A DNA stretch of 64,000 nt from the NCBI GenBank assembly GCA_025594325.1, contig JANHCV010000010.1, positions 1,612,001 through 1,676,000 of the forward strand, given 5' to 3'. The notes under the pieces are model-generated. The model was not told the origin of the DNA. It did not search any database and worked only from the letters and a program-made list of their open reading frames with translations. Position 1 is the stretch's first letter. Each line of letters begins with the position of its first letter. The position numbers and the translations under genes were made by a program. This DNA comes from Blastocladiella emersonii ATCC 22665 (taxonomy: Eukaryota; Fungi; Blastocladiomycota). Positions 22,901 to 34,534 of this stretch are shown here, piece by piece.

Positions 22901-24998
22901 ACGTGGTACCGGGCGCGCACGCGGCGTTCAGCGGGGTGGAGCACCGCTCCAACTCGATGGGCATGGCGGAATGGGACGCGGTCAACCGGTTTGGCCCTGG
23001 GCACCACCGCGCGTCAGACCCGACGGCGCTCCGGCAGCGGACCGGGTCCAACGCGTCGATCCACTCGACCAGCAGCCAGGGTGGCGGCAGCAGCCTGCCG
23101 CTCAAGGCGCGCGCGGAAACGTCGACGGTCAACGCGACCATCACGGCCAGCCTGTCCCGCGGGACCAGCCCGTTCTCGCCGCGGCGCGGGGTCAACGGCG
23201 GCGGAGGTGGTGGGCCGAGCGGGCTCGCGGCTGGGTTGACGCTGCGGAACGAGTGGGCGAACCAGCACGGTACGATTTCTCACGACATGGTTTGGAACAT
23301 CGATAACTAACACACTCACTCGTGTATCTAGAGGGCAAGAACTGGTACGTCCGCGAGCTACTGGCGACCAAGGCGCGCGAGGGCACATCGCCGTACCTGG
23401 CCGCGGCTGGCTCGGCGGTCCCGCCGCCTGCGCCCGTCCCCGCCCCGGCAGCCGGCGCCGACCTCGCGTCGTGGCGTCCCAAGGGCGCGCTGCTCGCGCT
23501 GTTCACAGAGCACACGGGCGCCGTCAACCACGTGGCCGTGTCGGGCGACTCGTCCATCATCGTGTCCGTGTCGAGCGACGGGTGCATGAAGGTGTGGGAC
23601 GTGTCGCGGGTGTGCCGCAACCTGGGCGTCAAGTCGCGCATCACGCACCGCGTCGGCGGCGTGGTCCGGGCGGCCGTGTTCCTCGCCGACGCGCCGCACG
23701 TGGTGGCGGCCGCGTCCGAGACGGGCGCGGTGCATGTGGTCGCGCTCAACGTCCGGGCGCGGTCGGCGCGCACGCTGCATAAGCACGCGCTGCCGCCGGG
23801 CGAGGGCGCGGTGGCGCTCGCGCACTACCGGACCGACGGCGAGTCGGTGCTGCTGGTGGCGTCGACGGCGTCGGCGCTGTACGGGTTCCGGGCGGGGACG
23901 AGCGAGGTGGCGTTCACGCTGGCGTGCCCGCCGGCGTACGGCATGATCTCGTCGCTCTTGGTGGACCCGCGGCCCACGGGCCCCGCGGCGTGGGCGCTCG
24001 TCGGGACGATGCGCGGGATCCTGGTGCTGTTTGACCTGCGGTTCCGTACCGCGGTGGCGGCGTGGACGCACCCGGCGCGGTCACGCGTGCACGCGCTCAC
24101 GGCGCACGCGGGCGACCCGGACTCGGTGCTCGTGGCGTGCGGGCGCGGCGAGGTGTCGGTGTGGCACCTCTCAACGCAGCGGTGCACGCACCTGTTCACG
24201 CGGTACCCGGCGCCGGCGATCGTCGCGGCCGTGACGGTGGCGGCTGGCGGGGATGCTGCGGCCGCAGCAGCAGCAGCTACGGCGTCGGCCGGGAGCCCGC
24301 AACGCACGCGGCACGGCGGCATGGCGCGGGCCACGACACCGCCATCTCCGGCGACCGCGAGCGGCGGCGGCAGCGGCGGGTGGTCGTACCAGGCGCTCGT
24401 GTCGCCCAAGGCCAGCGACTTTGTGCTCAACTCGACGCGCGTGTTCGAGGAGACGCAGGCGACCGAGGGCGTGTTTGCGATCGCGGCGGGACCCGGCAGC
24501 AGCACCGGTCGCGGCGGCAGCAGCAGCGGCGGGCAGCGCGTGTTCATGGCGGGCTCGGACCGGCGGGTGCGGTGGTGGGACCCGCAGTCGGGCACGGGCG
24601 CACAGGTCATTGGGCGCGACGAGGCCGGGGGCGAGGGTAGCGGGCTCGCGGCCGTGTACGCGGCGGCCGATTGTGACGTGGTCCGGGTGACGGTCGAAAG
24701 CGTCGGGCCCGTGTCCGCGGCCGCGCAGGGCGACGCCGGCCCGGGTGCGACGGCCGCGGCAGCCGGTGCGGGTCGTGGCGGGGCCCGGGCTCGTACTGGG
24801 TCGGGCACGGCGCCCGCAGCAGCGCCGCCATCATCAACGGGGTCGGGTTCGTCGAGCAGCGTCGGGTTCACGCTGGGCGAGGGCCGCGCGGCGGCGACCG
24901 AGCACCGCGACGCGATCACGGGCGTGGCGGTGGTGAGTCACCCGCAGCCGCTGCTGGTGACGTGCTCGCGCGACGGGACGATCCGGCTGTGGAAGTGA
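19923..24998 (+). CDS. VPS15: Vps15/PIK3R4: kinase, HEAT repeats and WD40; multi-exon
   Basis: MGN myristoylation-type start, [72 protein letters not shown] region ([16 protein letters not shown]), [16 protein letters not shown]40 start, [10 protein letters not shown] end. Confidence 0.96.
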
Positions 24999-25729
24999 TT
25001 TCGTTTGATGGAGCGAATACATGTATTTATCGTCTACGCTCATTCAGGCTGTTCGGCGGGATATTCGCAGCAGGCACGGGTATGATGGGGCAGGAGCGCG
25101 AGCAAAGCGAAAGGCGGTGTGATCCGCGGACCGGGCCGCCTCATCTTGAGGCGCATCCCGCAGGCGGCCGGTCCCCGCTGTCCCAGACTTGTCGTCGACC
25201 CCGCTGCACTGCCACCCTCACAATCAAGGTGCGCCCTCATTTTCCAGCACGACCGCAGCACGCGCGCGCCGTCCCCCACCCGTCCCGCCCCGCGCGCGCA
25301 CGGCACGGGGGCCAGCGGGCCGGCCCGGCGGGAGCGGCCCGCGGTGAGCCACGGTGACGGCGGCGTGACGAGGCGAGCGTCGCGCGCGAGCTGGCGTGTG
25401 TGTGACGACGTGGCGGGCGTGCGGGCGAGCACGCGGCGGCGCAGCAGGGTGGGCGAGCGGGGCGTGCGGGCCTAGCGGAAGGTGGTCGACGGCGGCGGTG
25501 CTCGCTCATCACGCCGCTCAGCACGCCGCGCTCGGGCCCGCTCGCCTCCCCTCACCCTCGCCCCGGCCACGCCGCCTCCTTGTGCACTGTGCCCGCTGCC
25601 CGACGCTCTCGCTGATATCCAACGCGCGCATCGCCGCATCCAAATTGACCCGGCGCCGCTGTGCAGACGCCACCCCGCACAACGCGCAACTCTACGACTC
25701 ATCCACCCCACCACCCACCACCCGCGCAA

Positions 25730-28700
25730 ATGCATCGCCGCGCGCGGCCACACGAACCCACGGCGACCGCTGCCGCGCCCGCTGATGCGGAGCCGGGCCG
25801 CGACGTCGCGCAGGCGCACGACCCGCAGGCACCCGCGGCGGCGAGCGGACTGGTCCCGCCGCGCGCGCTCGAGGAGCTGATGCGGATGCAGGCGATCCTC
25901 GAGCTGCTGCACGACCTCGTGTTCGTGGTGACGGCGGCGGGCGAGGTGGTGTACGCCTCGGCGAGCGTGGCGACGGTTCTCGGTGCGTTGTTCTGTGCTT
26001 CATGGGCGCGCGGACGGCGGCGGTGTGTGGCGACGGGACGAGGTCGGTCGGGGCGGGCGGAGAGAGAGGGCAGCGACCACGGCCGGCCGGCGCCGCTCCC
26101 CCCGCCGCAGCCGCATCGCATGGCGTGGTTGGCGGTTTGTGCGAGCGTTTTCTGATGATCGGCGGCCCGGTGGCGGTGGTTCGGTCCTTTGGTCGGCCCC
26201 CATCGGGCTTTGCCACGCCAAAGTCCGATGCCCACCGACCTGCCCGCCCCCCGCCCGACCGGCCGCCCGCGTCCGCCGCCGCCGCCCCGTGTCCGCGCCC
26301 CGTTCCCTCGCGCCGTCGCGCGCCCCGCCCTGCCCTGCCCGTGCCCGCGGCCATCGACTGACCCCGCTCCCTCCCGCCCTCGCCTTCGTCCAGGCTTCCG
26401 CCCGCAGGACGTGCTCCACCGCAAGCTCGTCGAGTTCAGCCATCCCGACGACGCCGTCCTCCTCCGCGCCACGCTCCACCGCCTGCTGCGCCCGCCCGCC
26501 GCCCCTGCGCCCGACCTCGCCCCCTCCACCTCCGTCGCCTCGCTCGGCTCTGCGGCGGCCACCACGGCCTCACTCGCCGCCGACCACTTCCAGCACACGG
26601 TCCGCCTCCGCCACCGCTCGGCGCCCACCCACGCCCTCGTCTCGATCCATGGCCGCTGCCTCTCGCTCGCCGCCCTGCCCGCCGCAGCGGCCGCCGCCTC
26701 GGCCGGCGCGCTCTCGCACCCGCTGCTGCACGGCTTCCGCGGCACCGCCCCGCACCCCGCCTCCTTTGCCCACCCGCTCCCGCACCAGCTGAGCGCCGGG
26801 CCCGCGTCGCCAACCGCGCCCGCCGCCGCCGCCGACCCGTTCGCTGCCGCGGCCGCGGCCTCGCGCAGCCCCGAGGACGGGCCGCCCCTGATCCTCCTCG
26901 TCGGCCGCCCCTACCCGCTGCCGCCCCACGACACGCTGCTCGACGAGCTGCTCGAGCTGCAGACCGAGAACCTGCGCCTCCGCGCCCTGCTCTCGGCCCG
27001 CTACTCCGCCCTCGGCGCGTCCCCCGCCGAGCACTCGACCCTGCGCGAGGTCGCCGTCAACCCCATGCTGTTCCTCGCCCCGCGCGGGACCGCCCGCGGG
27101 CCTGACTCGCCGCTCGTCCCCGCGCCGCGCTTCCAGGTCGTCTCGGCCGCCGACCCCGACGCTGACGCGGCCGCGTATGCCACGGCCCCGCTGGATTCGG
27201 CACCAGCTTCCGCACTTCCCGCCGTCCCTCTGCGTCCTCCCCGCGGGTCGCGAGCTGCGAGCGCCCAGCGTACTGCTGCCCCCGCCCTCCTGCGCCGGAC
27301 CGCCCCGCCTGCGCTCATCGACACGGGCCCGGAGCCACCGCCGCTGCCACCACCGTCAGCCGCTGCCGCCGCGCCGCGCCCGTCCACGGCCCACGGCGCC
27401 GCCATGAGCGGCCACCTCCCCGCCATGGGCCAGGGATCCGGCCTCGCCGGCGTCATGTCCCCTTCCGACTACATGAGCGCCAAGATGGCCTCCACCCCGG
27501 CCACGGCCGACGCGTCCGGCGCGCTCGCCACCGACCCGTCCAAGAAGCGCCGCAAGCGCAGCCGCCCCAAGGAAGGCTACGGTACCCTCCCTCCCTCCTC
27601 CTTGACGCGGAGCGACCCTGATCCTCATGTCTCGCCCCACGCCTCCCTGTAGTCTGCATGGACTGCGGCACCGACCAGTCGCCCGAGTGGCGCCGCGGAC
27701 CCAACGGCGAAAAGTGCCTGTGCAACGCGTGCGGCCTCCGCTTCGCCAAGCGCAAGCGCCAGGACCTCGCCGCTGCCGCTGCTGCTGCCGCCCTGTCGGG
27801 CGCTTCCGCAGACCCGGACGCCATGGCCGTCGACCCGCCGCCCATCCGCGTCCTGTTGCCGCAACTGCCGCCGCGCCGCCTCCCCGTCACTAGCCCGCGT
27901 GTCGACGACCCGCCTCGCGCTCGCGCAGACGCTACCCGGGTTCCTGCTCCTGGGCCCGCATCTGTCGCTGTCCCCGCTTCGGCCCCGGCCCCGGCCCCGG
28001 CCCCATCCCCGGCCCCGGCCCCGGCCCCATCCCCCGCGCCAGCTGGCGGCGAGCTGCCGGCTGTCATGAGCTCGCCGACCGGCTTCGCGCATCCCCGCGC
28101 CGGGTCCATGCTGAGCCCCCGCTCGGGCACCGCGACCCCGCGCCTGCAGAGCCCGGTCCACGCGCCGCTCCCCTTCGACGACGATATGTCCTCTTTCACG
28201 GCGCAGCTCGCCGCGCAGCAGCATGTCCACGGCCACATGGTCGGCAGCAGCAACCTCGGGTCCCACGCCGGCTCGGCCCACTCGCACTCGTCGTCGCTGG
28301 GTGCCCCGCACTCCATCTCCACGGCGACGCCGCCCACCAACCCGCCGCTGCCCCCACCCTCGTCGGCCGCCTTCATGGACCAGGTCGGCAGCTGGATGCT
28401 CGGCACGTCCGACGGCCAGGGCACCTCCGAGCCCTACTCGGCCACATCCCCGCAGGTCGACCCGCCGCTGTGCGACGACGGCGAGGGCGGCGGGAACAAC
28501 GCGTTCGGCGTCGGCCTGCTCCCGCTGTCGGGCGGCCCGCTGTGGTCGTTCCCGTCGGCGGCCCTCGGCCGCTTCGAGCGCCTGCCGTCGGGGTCCGCTT
28601 CGCCCGCGGTCGGCGTCTCGGGCGCGTTCGGCGAGCGCCGCCAGCACCCGCACCGCCACCACTCTCCCCAGCACCACCACCAGCAGGCGCGGGAGAGCAC

Positions 28701-29601
28701 CACCGCGTCGAGCAACTCGTCCGCCCCGCGCATCTACTCGGATGGCGCCTCGGCGCTGTTCGCCGCCGACCAGGCCTTCTCGCGCCCGCCCTACGACTTT
28801 TCGCACATGCTGCTCGACCAGCACCATCAGCCGCCGCAGCACCTGGGGATGCGCGACAGCGCGACGCTCGACCAGGCCATGGGCTCGCCTCCCCTCGGCG
28901 AGGACTCGGCCCCACACCACGTCCACACGGTGCACCACCACCACCATCATCACCACCACCACGCGTTTCAGGAGCATCACCGCCACCACGACATGCACAG
29001 CCCGCCACCGGGCCAGCCGGCGCACCTCGGCGGCCCCGCCCCTGTGGGTCCCAGCGGCGGCGCCATGTTCGCGCCGGACGGGTCCCTGCTCGACGCGGCT
29101 TCGGTCCCGCCGGCGCGCCAGAACTCGGCCCCACCACCGCGTGCGTTCCGCGGCGCGAGCGCGTCGGCTGGGCCTGGGCCCGCGTACAGCCCCGAGGTCG
29201 CGCCCACGCGCCGCGACGAGTCGGGCCGGGCAGCCGCAGCGGAGCCGGCCAGCGGTCTCGACGACTACGACGTGTACGAGAAGATGATCGCCATCGGGTT
29301 CCGGCTCCCGTCGGGCGACATCCCCACGTTCGGCGACTTCCACCGCGCCGTCCGCACCTCGCACCTGTTCCACGGCGCCGCGAGCAACCCGTCACAACAG
29401 CAGCAGCCGCAGCCGCCGCTCCCGCCTCCCACGGCGCCGCCAGCCGTGCAGCAGCAGCAGCACTACCCGGCACCCGCGCACGGCGGAGGTCCCGACGCCA
29501 CCCCGCCAATGTCCCCGCACCACGACCATGGCTACGACCAGCCCGCGGCGCCCCGCCCGCGCTCGCGCAAGCGGCACCGCCCGTCTGGTGAGGCGTCCTG
29601 A
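25730..29601 (+). CDS. wc-2: White Collar-2-like PAS + coiled-coil + GATA zinc-finger transcription factor with long low-complexity C-terminus
   Basis: PAS ([26 protein letters not shown]|[19 protein letters not shown]), WC-2-typical [20 protein letters not shown], basic KKRRKR, then EGY|[33 protein letters not shown] (CX2CX18CX2C); introns 25983-26393 and 27582-27652; start uncertain. Confidence 0.82.
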
Positions 29602-29778
29602 GGGCGGTCACCCCTCGCGAACCACCAGAAGTGGCGGCCGTGTTGAGAACGATAGATGGTGGCCGGTGGACGCGTGATTGGATGTTCGCACATATACCGA
29701 AGTTTTGCAGTCAGTCATCCGACGGTCCACGCGCGTAAACCGCGAGTTGCGAGGCGCGAGACACGGGACGCAGAGGAG

Positions 29779-29788
29779 ACGCGTCGCG
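29779..29788. promoter_or_regulatory. Candidate promoter element ACGCGTCGCG about 130 bp upstream of the BK-like gene
   Basis: Recurrent intergenic motif (see findings). Confidence 0.35.
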
Positions 29789-29914
29789 TTATCACGTGGA
29801 ACTCTAAATTGCGCGAAAATGTCTCCCGCGACCGCTGCCCATGGGCCACGCTCGCAATGTAAACTTTCGCGGCTTGCCGCAACCGCTTTCTCTCCGCACG
29901 ATCACCAACAAACC

Positions 29915-32900
29915 ATGTATAGCGCCGTCCTCAGCTCCGCCGCGCGCGGGGAGGACCGCGCGTCGGGCGGCGGCAACTCGTCGTCGTCGTCGTCGTCTTC
30001 GCCAAACCGCGGCCGCGGCACCGGCCGTCTGTCGCCCGTCGGGTCTGGCGGTCTGCGCCACCGGTCGCCGTCCATCAGCCCGACGCGCTCGATCATGGGC
30101 CTCGCGTCGCTCGGGTCGCACTCGCTCAACGGATCCGCCTCGGGCCTCGGCCACGGGCTGCTCATGCGCCGCATCTCGAGCGAGGAGCAGGACGACGCCA
30201 ACGTCGACCCGACGCAGGTCCCGCTGCCGAGCTCGAACCTGTCGCTCGACGGGTCCGACGTGTTCCCGGCCTCGTTCCCCGTATCCACGCCCGGCTCGAC
30301 CATGCCATCGCGCCGCTCGTCTACGGTCGTCTCCAACGCGTCGCTCCGGGCCCCGTCGACGGGCGATATCGCCATCCAGGTGCCCGTCGTCCAGGCGGCA
30401 GCCACGCCGCGCGTGCCCTCGCTTATCCTCGACCAGACGGCGCTCGAGCCGTCCCTGACGCCCATGACGGGCGCCCCGCGCGAGACTATCGATGCCTTTG
30501 CCGAGACGGCAAGCGTGCCCAGTCACGGATACGCCCATGGCCTGGCTCCGGCCGCGCGCAGCGCTAGTCCCCCGCCCGTGGGTGCGAACCAGGCGGGCGC
30601 CACCGTCGTCGAGACGTTCGCCCCGCCGTTGCAGAGCACGCCCACCTTCCGCCAGCGGCTCGCCTTCCACCTCGACACCTCGCGCACCGGCCGCATCCTC
30701 GACTTGGCGGATGCGGTCCTGTCGTTCCTGCACTGCGCTCTCTACGTCTTCAACACGACTTATGCGGTACCCGCTAATCCGTCGACTCCGAGCGCGAGCG
30801 CGAGTGCCGCGGAACCGGAGCTGCTGCCGCTCTTCGTGGACCGCACCGAGCTGCAGTTCCAGGGCATCGACGAGGCCATGGCCAGCATGCTCGGTGGGCC
30901 GTGGCTCGAGACCCAGTCGCGCCGCAAGAACGCGATCCCGCTGCCCATGGTCAACATTGGCCTCGAGCTCGTGCTTGCCGTGTGCCAGCTCGCCATCTTT
31001 GCCTTCCGCGGCTACGTCGCGCCGCGCCGCGCCTACTTCCTCTCGCAGTCGTACGCCCTCTTCACGCTTCTGTCGTGCATTCCCGTCCTCGTCGCGTACG
31101 CGTGGGCTTGGCGCGACGTGGAGGTCTACATGTCGTACATGAGCGCCGGCACGGTGGTCTACTTTTTCCCGCTGCGCTGGGCGCGCTTCCATGAGGTTAC
31201 GGCCACGGTTTTGTTGCCCGTCAAGGACCCTATCTTCCGCCTCTCGGCCATCTCGCGCAAGGCCGCCGCCGTGACCTGCGCCATTCTGTTCACGCTTCTG
31301 ACGGTGACGGCGCTGGTGCACATCAGCCTCTACAAGGGTCCGTCGTCTGTCGCGTAGATATTCACGCTCGGTCCTCACTGACGCTGCGCATCATGTAGAC
31401 GACCGCCAGCTCGTGCGCGATGCCACATTCGCGGACGTCTTCTACTTCACGGTCATGAGCTCAACCAGCGGTCTCTCGACCTCGATCCAGGCTGACTCGT
31501 GGTTTACGCGTGCCCTGCTGCTCTTCATCATGGTTGCGGGAGCGTTCTACATTCCCACGCACCTGAGCGAGCTCTTGACCATGATCCGTAACCGCAGCCA
31601 GTTTACCAAACCGTACCAGGCCACCAACAACCAATCTCACGTCATCGTCACTGGGACTTTTGACGTCAATGCCATTGTCGAGTTCTTGCGCGAGTTCTTC
31701 TGCCCTGGTACGCACGAACCGTCTATCATCAGGGCAACGCGAGTTTGATACTGATACTGCGCTCCTTCCACGTCAGATCATGGCTCGAGTACCATCACCA
31801 CGACCGTCGTCTTCCTCAACCCCAACGAGCCGAGCGAGGAGATTGTGGCCGTGCTGCAGGACCCCGCGTACATGTCGCGCGTCACGTATATCCGCGGCAC
31901 GCCAACGTCCTTCCGGGCACTCGACCGCGCCAAGGCGCGCGAGGCCCGCGCCGTCTTCGTCCTGTGCAGCAAGCTTGCCAGCGAGTCGGGCGACCTCATG
32001 ATTGACGACGCCGAGACGGTGATGCGGTCTCTGGCCGTCAAAAAGTACTATCCCAAGCTGCCGGTCTTTGTCGAGTCGATGCTTCCCGAGAACCAGTCGC
32101 AGTTCCACTACCTCGCCGACCAGATCCTTTGCGTCGACGAGCTGACGCTTGGCATGATGAGCCAGTCGTCGCGGCTGCCCGGGTTCGCCGCGCTCATCTC
32201 GCTCCTGTGCTCGTCCATGACCGACGCGTCGCGCAAGGCGCTCGTGCGCCAGGCCGACAAGCAAAACCTCGGGTTCCTCAAGCCGTACATCCGCGGCGCG
32301 AGTCAGGAGGTATATGCTTGCGCTTTCCCGCCAGCTCTCATCGGCCGCACCTTCATTGAGGTCAGCAAGCGCATCTACCTCGCCTTCGGCGCGTGTCTCA
32401 TCGCGCTCGGTGTCCCTGTCGACCGCCAGGACCTCCCGCCGTCGCTTCGGTTCCACTTGGTGCTCAACCCCATATCGCACGTCATCACTGGCCGGGAGAC
32501 GGGTTTCTTGATTGGCTCCGAGAGCGAGGTGGTCGAGGAGCTGCTCGCCTACGACTGGGACGCCGAGGACAACGCCGAGACGGTTCTCGACATGGTCGGC
32601 CTCTCGGCGGCGTCATCGGCGCAGACCATCACCCCCGCTGTGGGGAACGCCGAATCGGGCTCGGGTCTCGCGGGCACCAACTCGGCGAGCATCCCGCGCC
32701 TTTTTGTCGATTGCGCCGACCAGTCGAGCGAGTCTACTCCGCTTCTTCCGGGCAGCCACATCGAGGTCCCGCTTCGGACTGGCAGCGGTGTGGAGTCGTT
32801 GAGCAGCAACCCCAATCTGCGTGGCGGGCGCAAGCTTTTCGCGATCCCCGGCGCCAGCCGCGCTAAGCTTACCGGCGGCGAGTCGGACGACAACGACGGT

Positions 32901-34217
32901 TCGGATGATGACGACGACAGCGACGACGGGGATAGCACGGCGATGGACCTGCCCCCGTCCATGTCCACGTCCATCGACAGTCTCGCCGACATTCGCGATT
33001 TCCATGGTCCGCAGGCCGGCGGCCGCTACGAGTCGGACGAGGTCGAGAAGCCGCTTCACACATACGGTCTCGAGCCCGAGAAGGTGGGGGCAGTCTCGTC
33101 TGCAGCTGGCCGTGGCCTCGAAGACGTCGTCGACCCGAATGCCGAGCACACGGCCGACATTTACTCGCGCGGGCGCCCATCCGCTGCGCGCGGTCTGACT
33201 ACTGGATCGCAGAGCACGCTCTTCCCGCCGTCGGCCACTCAGCAGCAACAGCAGCAGTCGCCACGCCGCCACCGCCGCCGTGTTCCGAGCCCTTCGGCCA
33301 CGGGTACGCTGCTCCAGGCCGGACGCGTAGTCCTCGATGACGCTGCGCCCGACGTCGATGTCCTCGAGCAGCACGTGCGCGACCACATCATCCTGTGTGA
33401 CGCGGCACCCAATGCGCAGCTTCCCGACCACATTGACCTCTTCTTCGAGCCGCTGCGCGACCCGCTCATTGCGCGGCCGCTGCCCGTCGTGATCCTGTCC
33501 AACGAGGACCCGCCCGAGTCGGTGTTCGCGTACCCCGAAGTGTACCACATCCGCGGCAACCCACTGCGGCGGCGCGACCTGGTCCGCGCGGGCGTCGAGC
33601 GCGCGTCGCGGCTGGTCATCCTGTGCAGCCAAAAGGACAACAAGCGGACGGTCGACGCCGGGTCGATCCTGTGCGCGCTCAACGCCGAGTCGACGCAGCG
33701 GGTGCCGGCGCTTACCGTTGAGTTTGTCCACAAGCTCAACTTCAAGTTCATTGGCGAGACGGAGATCCTGCGCGACGTTCAGGATTCGTACGCGCAAACG
33801 ATCCTGCGGCCGGCGTACATGGCGGGCCACGCCTTCTCGAGCTCGCTCTTTGACGGCCTGCTAGCGCAGTCGTACTACTCGCCGCACGTGCTGTCGCTCA
33901 TCAAGCGGCTCATCTTCACGGGCCGCCCTACGCTCGTCGAGAAGCTCGCCAAGTCGTCGAGCAAGCCGCCGTCGATCCTGCCCAGCCAGCACACGGCCAT
34001 CCACGAGTTCCCAGTGCCCCGGCCGCTCATCGGCGCCGCGTACAAGGACCTGTACGCGTACCTCGCGAGCGAGGGCATGGTCCCGCTCGGGCTGTACCGC
34101 AGCCTCATGGTCCCGGCGTGCAAGCGGCCCATCTGCATGACGCTCGTCAACCCGCGGCCCGGCATGCTGCTGCGGGCGTCGGACCGCGTGTTCGTGCTCA
34201 GCAACCACGCGCTCTGA
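29915..34217 (+). CDS. BK/Slo-like (calcium-activated K+ channel family) protein with two RCK domains and a non-canonical pore
   Basis: TM segments, pore exon FYFTVMSSTSGLSTSIQADSWFTR, RCK1 (HVIVTG..EFLREFFCP|DHG..VFLNPNEP..YIRGTP..RAKAREARAVFVL; DQILCVDELTLGMMSQS), RCK2 (DHIILC..IRGNPLRRRDLVRAGVERA; YMAGHAFSSSLFDGLLAQSYY); introns 31338-31399 and 31709-31776. Confidence 0.88.
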
Positions 34218-34278
34218 TATGTTTGTAATGGTGATGTCGAAACGTATATATGAAGTTGGACGCATGGCGTTCCTAAAA

Positions 34279-34288
34279 ACGCGTCGCG
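34279..34288. promoter_or_regulatory. Candidate promoter element ACGCGTCGCG upstream of the Kv-like gene
   Basis: Recurrent intergenic motif, here preceded by an A-tract. Confidence 0.35.
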
Positions 34289-34534
34289 TGAGGAAGGCTT
34301 GCTGCCGTGCTCGCGTCGTGAAATCAGTTTCAGCCACGGCGTGATCGAGGGCGTATTTTTCGCCGTCTCCCGCGAGCGCTTGGCGACGGTCATGCTGGCG
34401 GGTGGCTCGGTGCGGGTGCGGGTGCGGTGCGGGACGCGCCGCGCCGGCTCCGGCCCCTGCTCCGGCCCCGACCCCGCCCCTTCCGGCGACGGCCGCCGCT
34501 CCAGCGCATTGTACTCGCTCATCGCATTCATATC

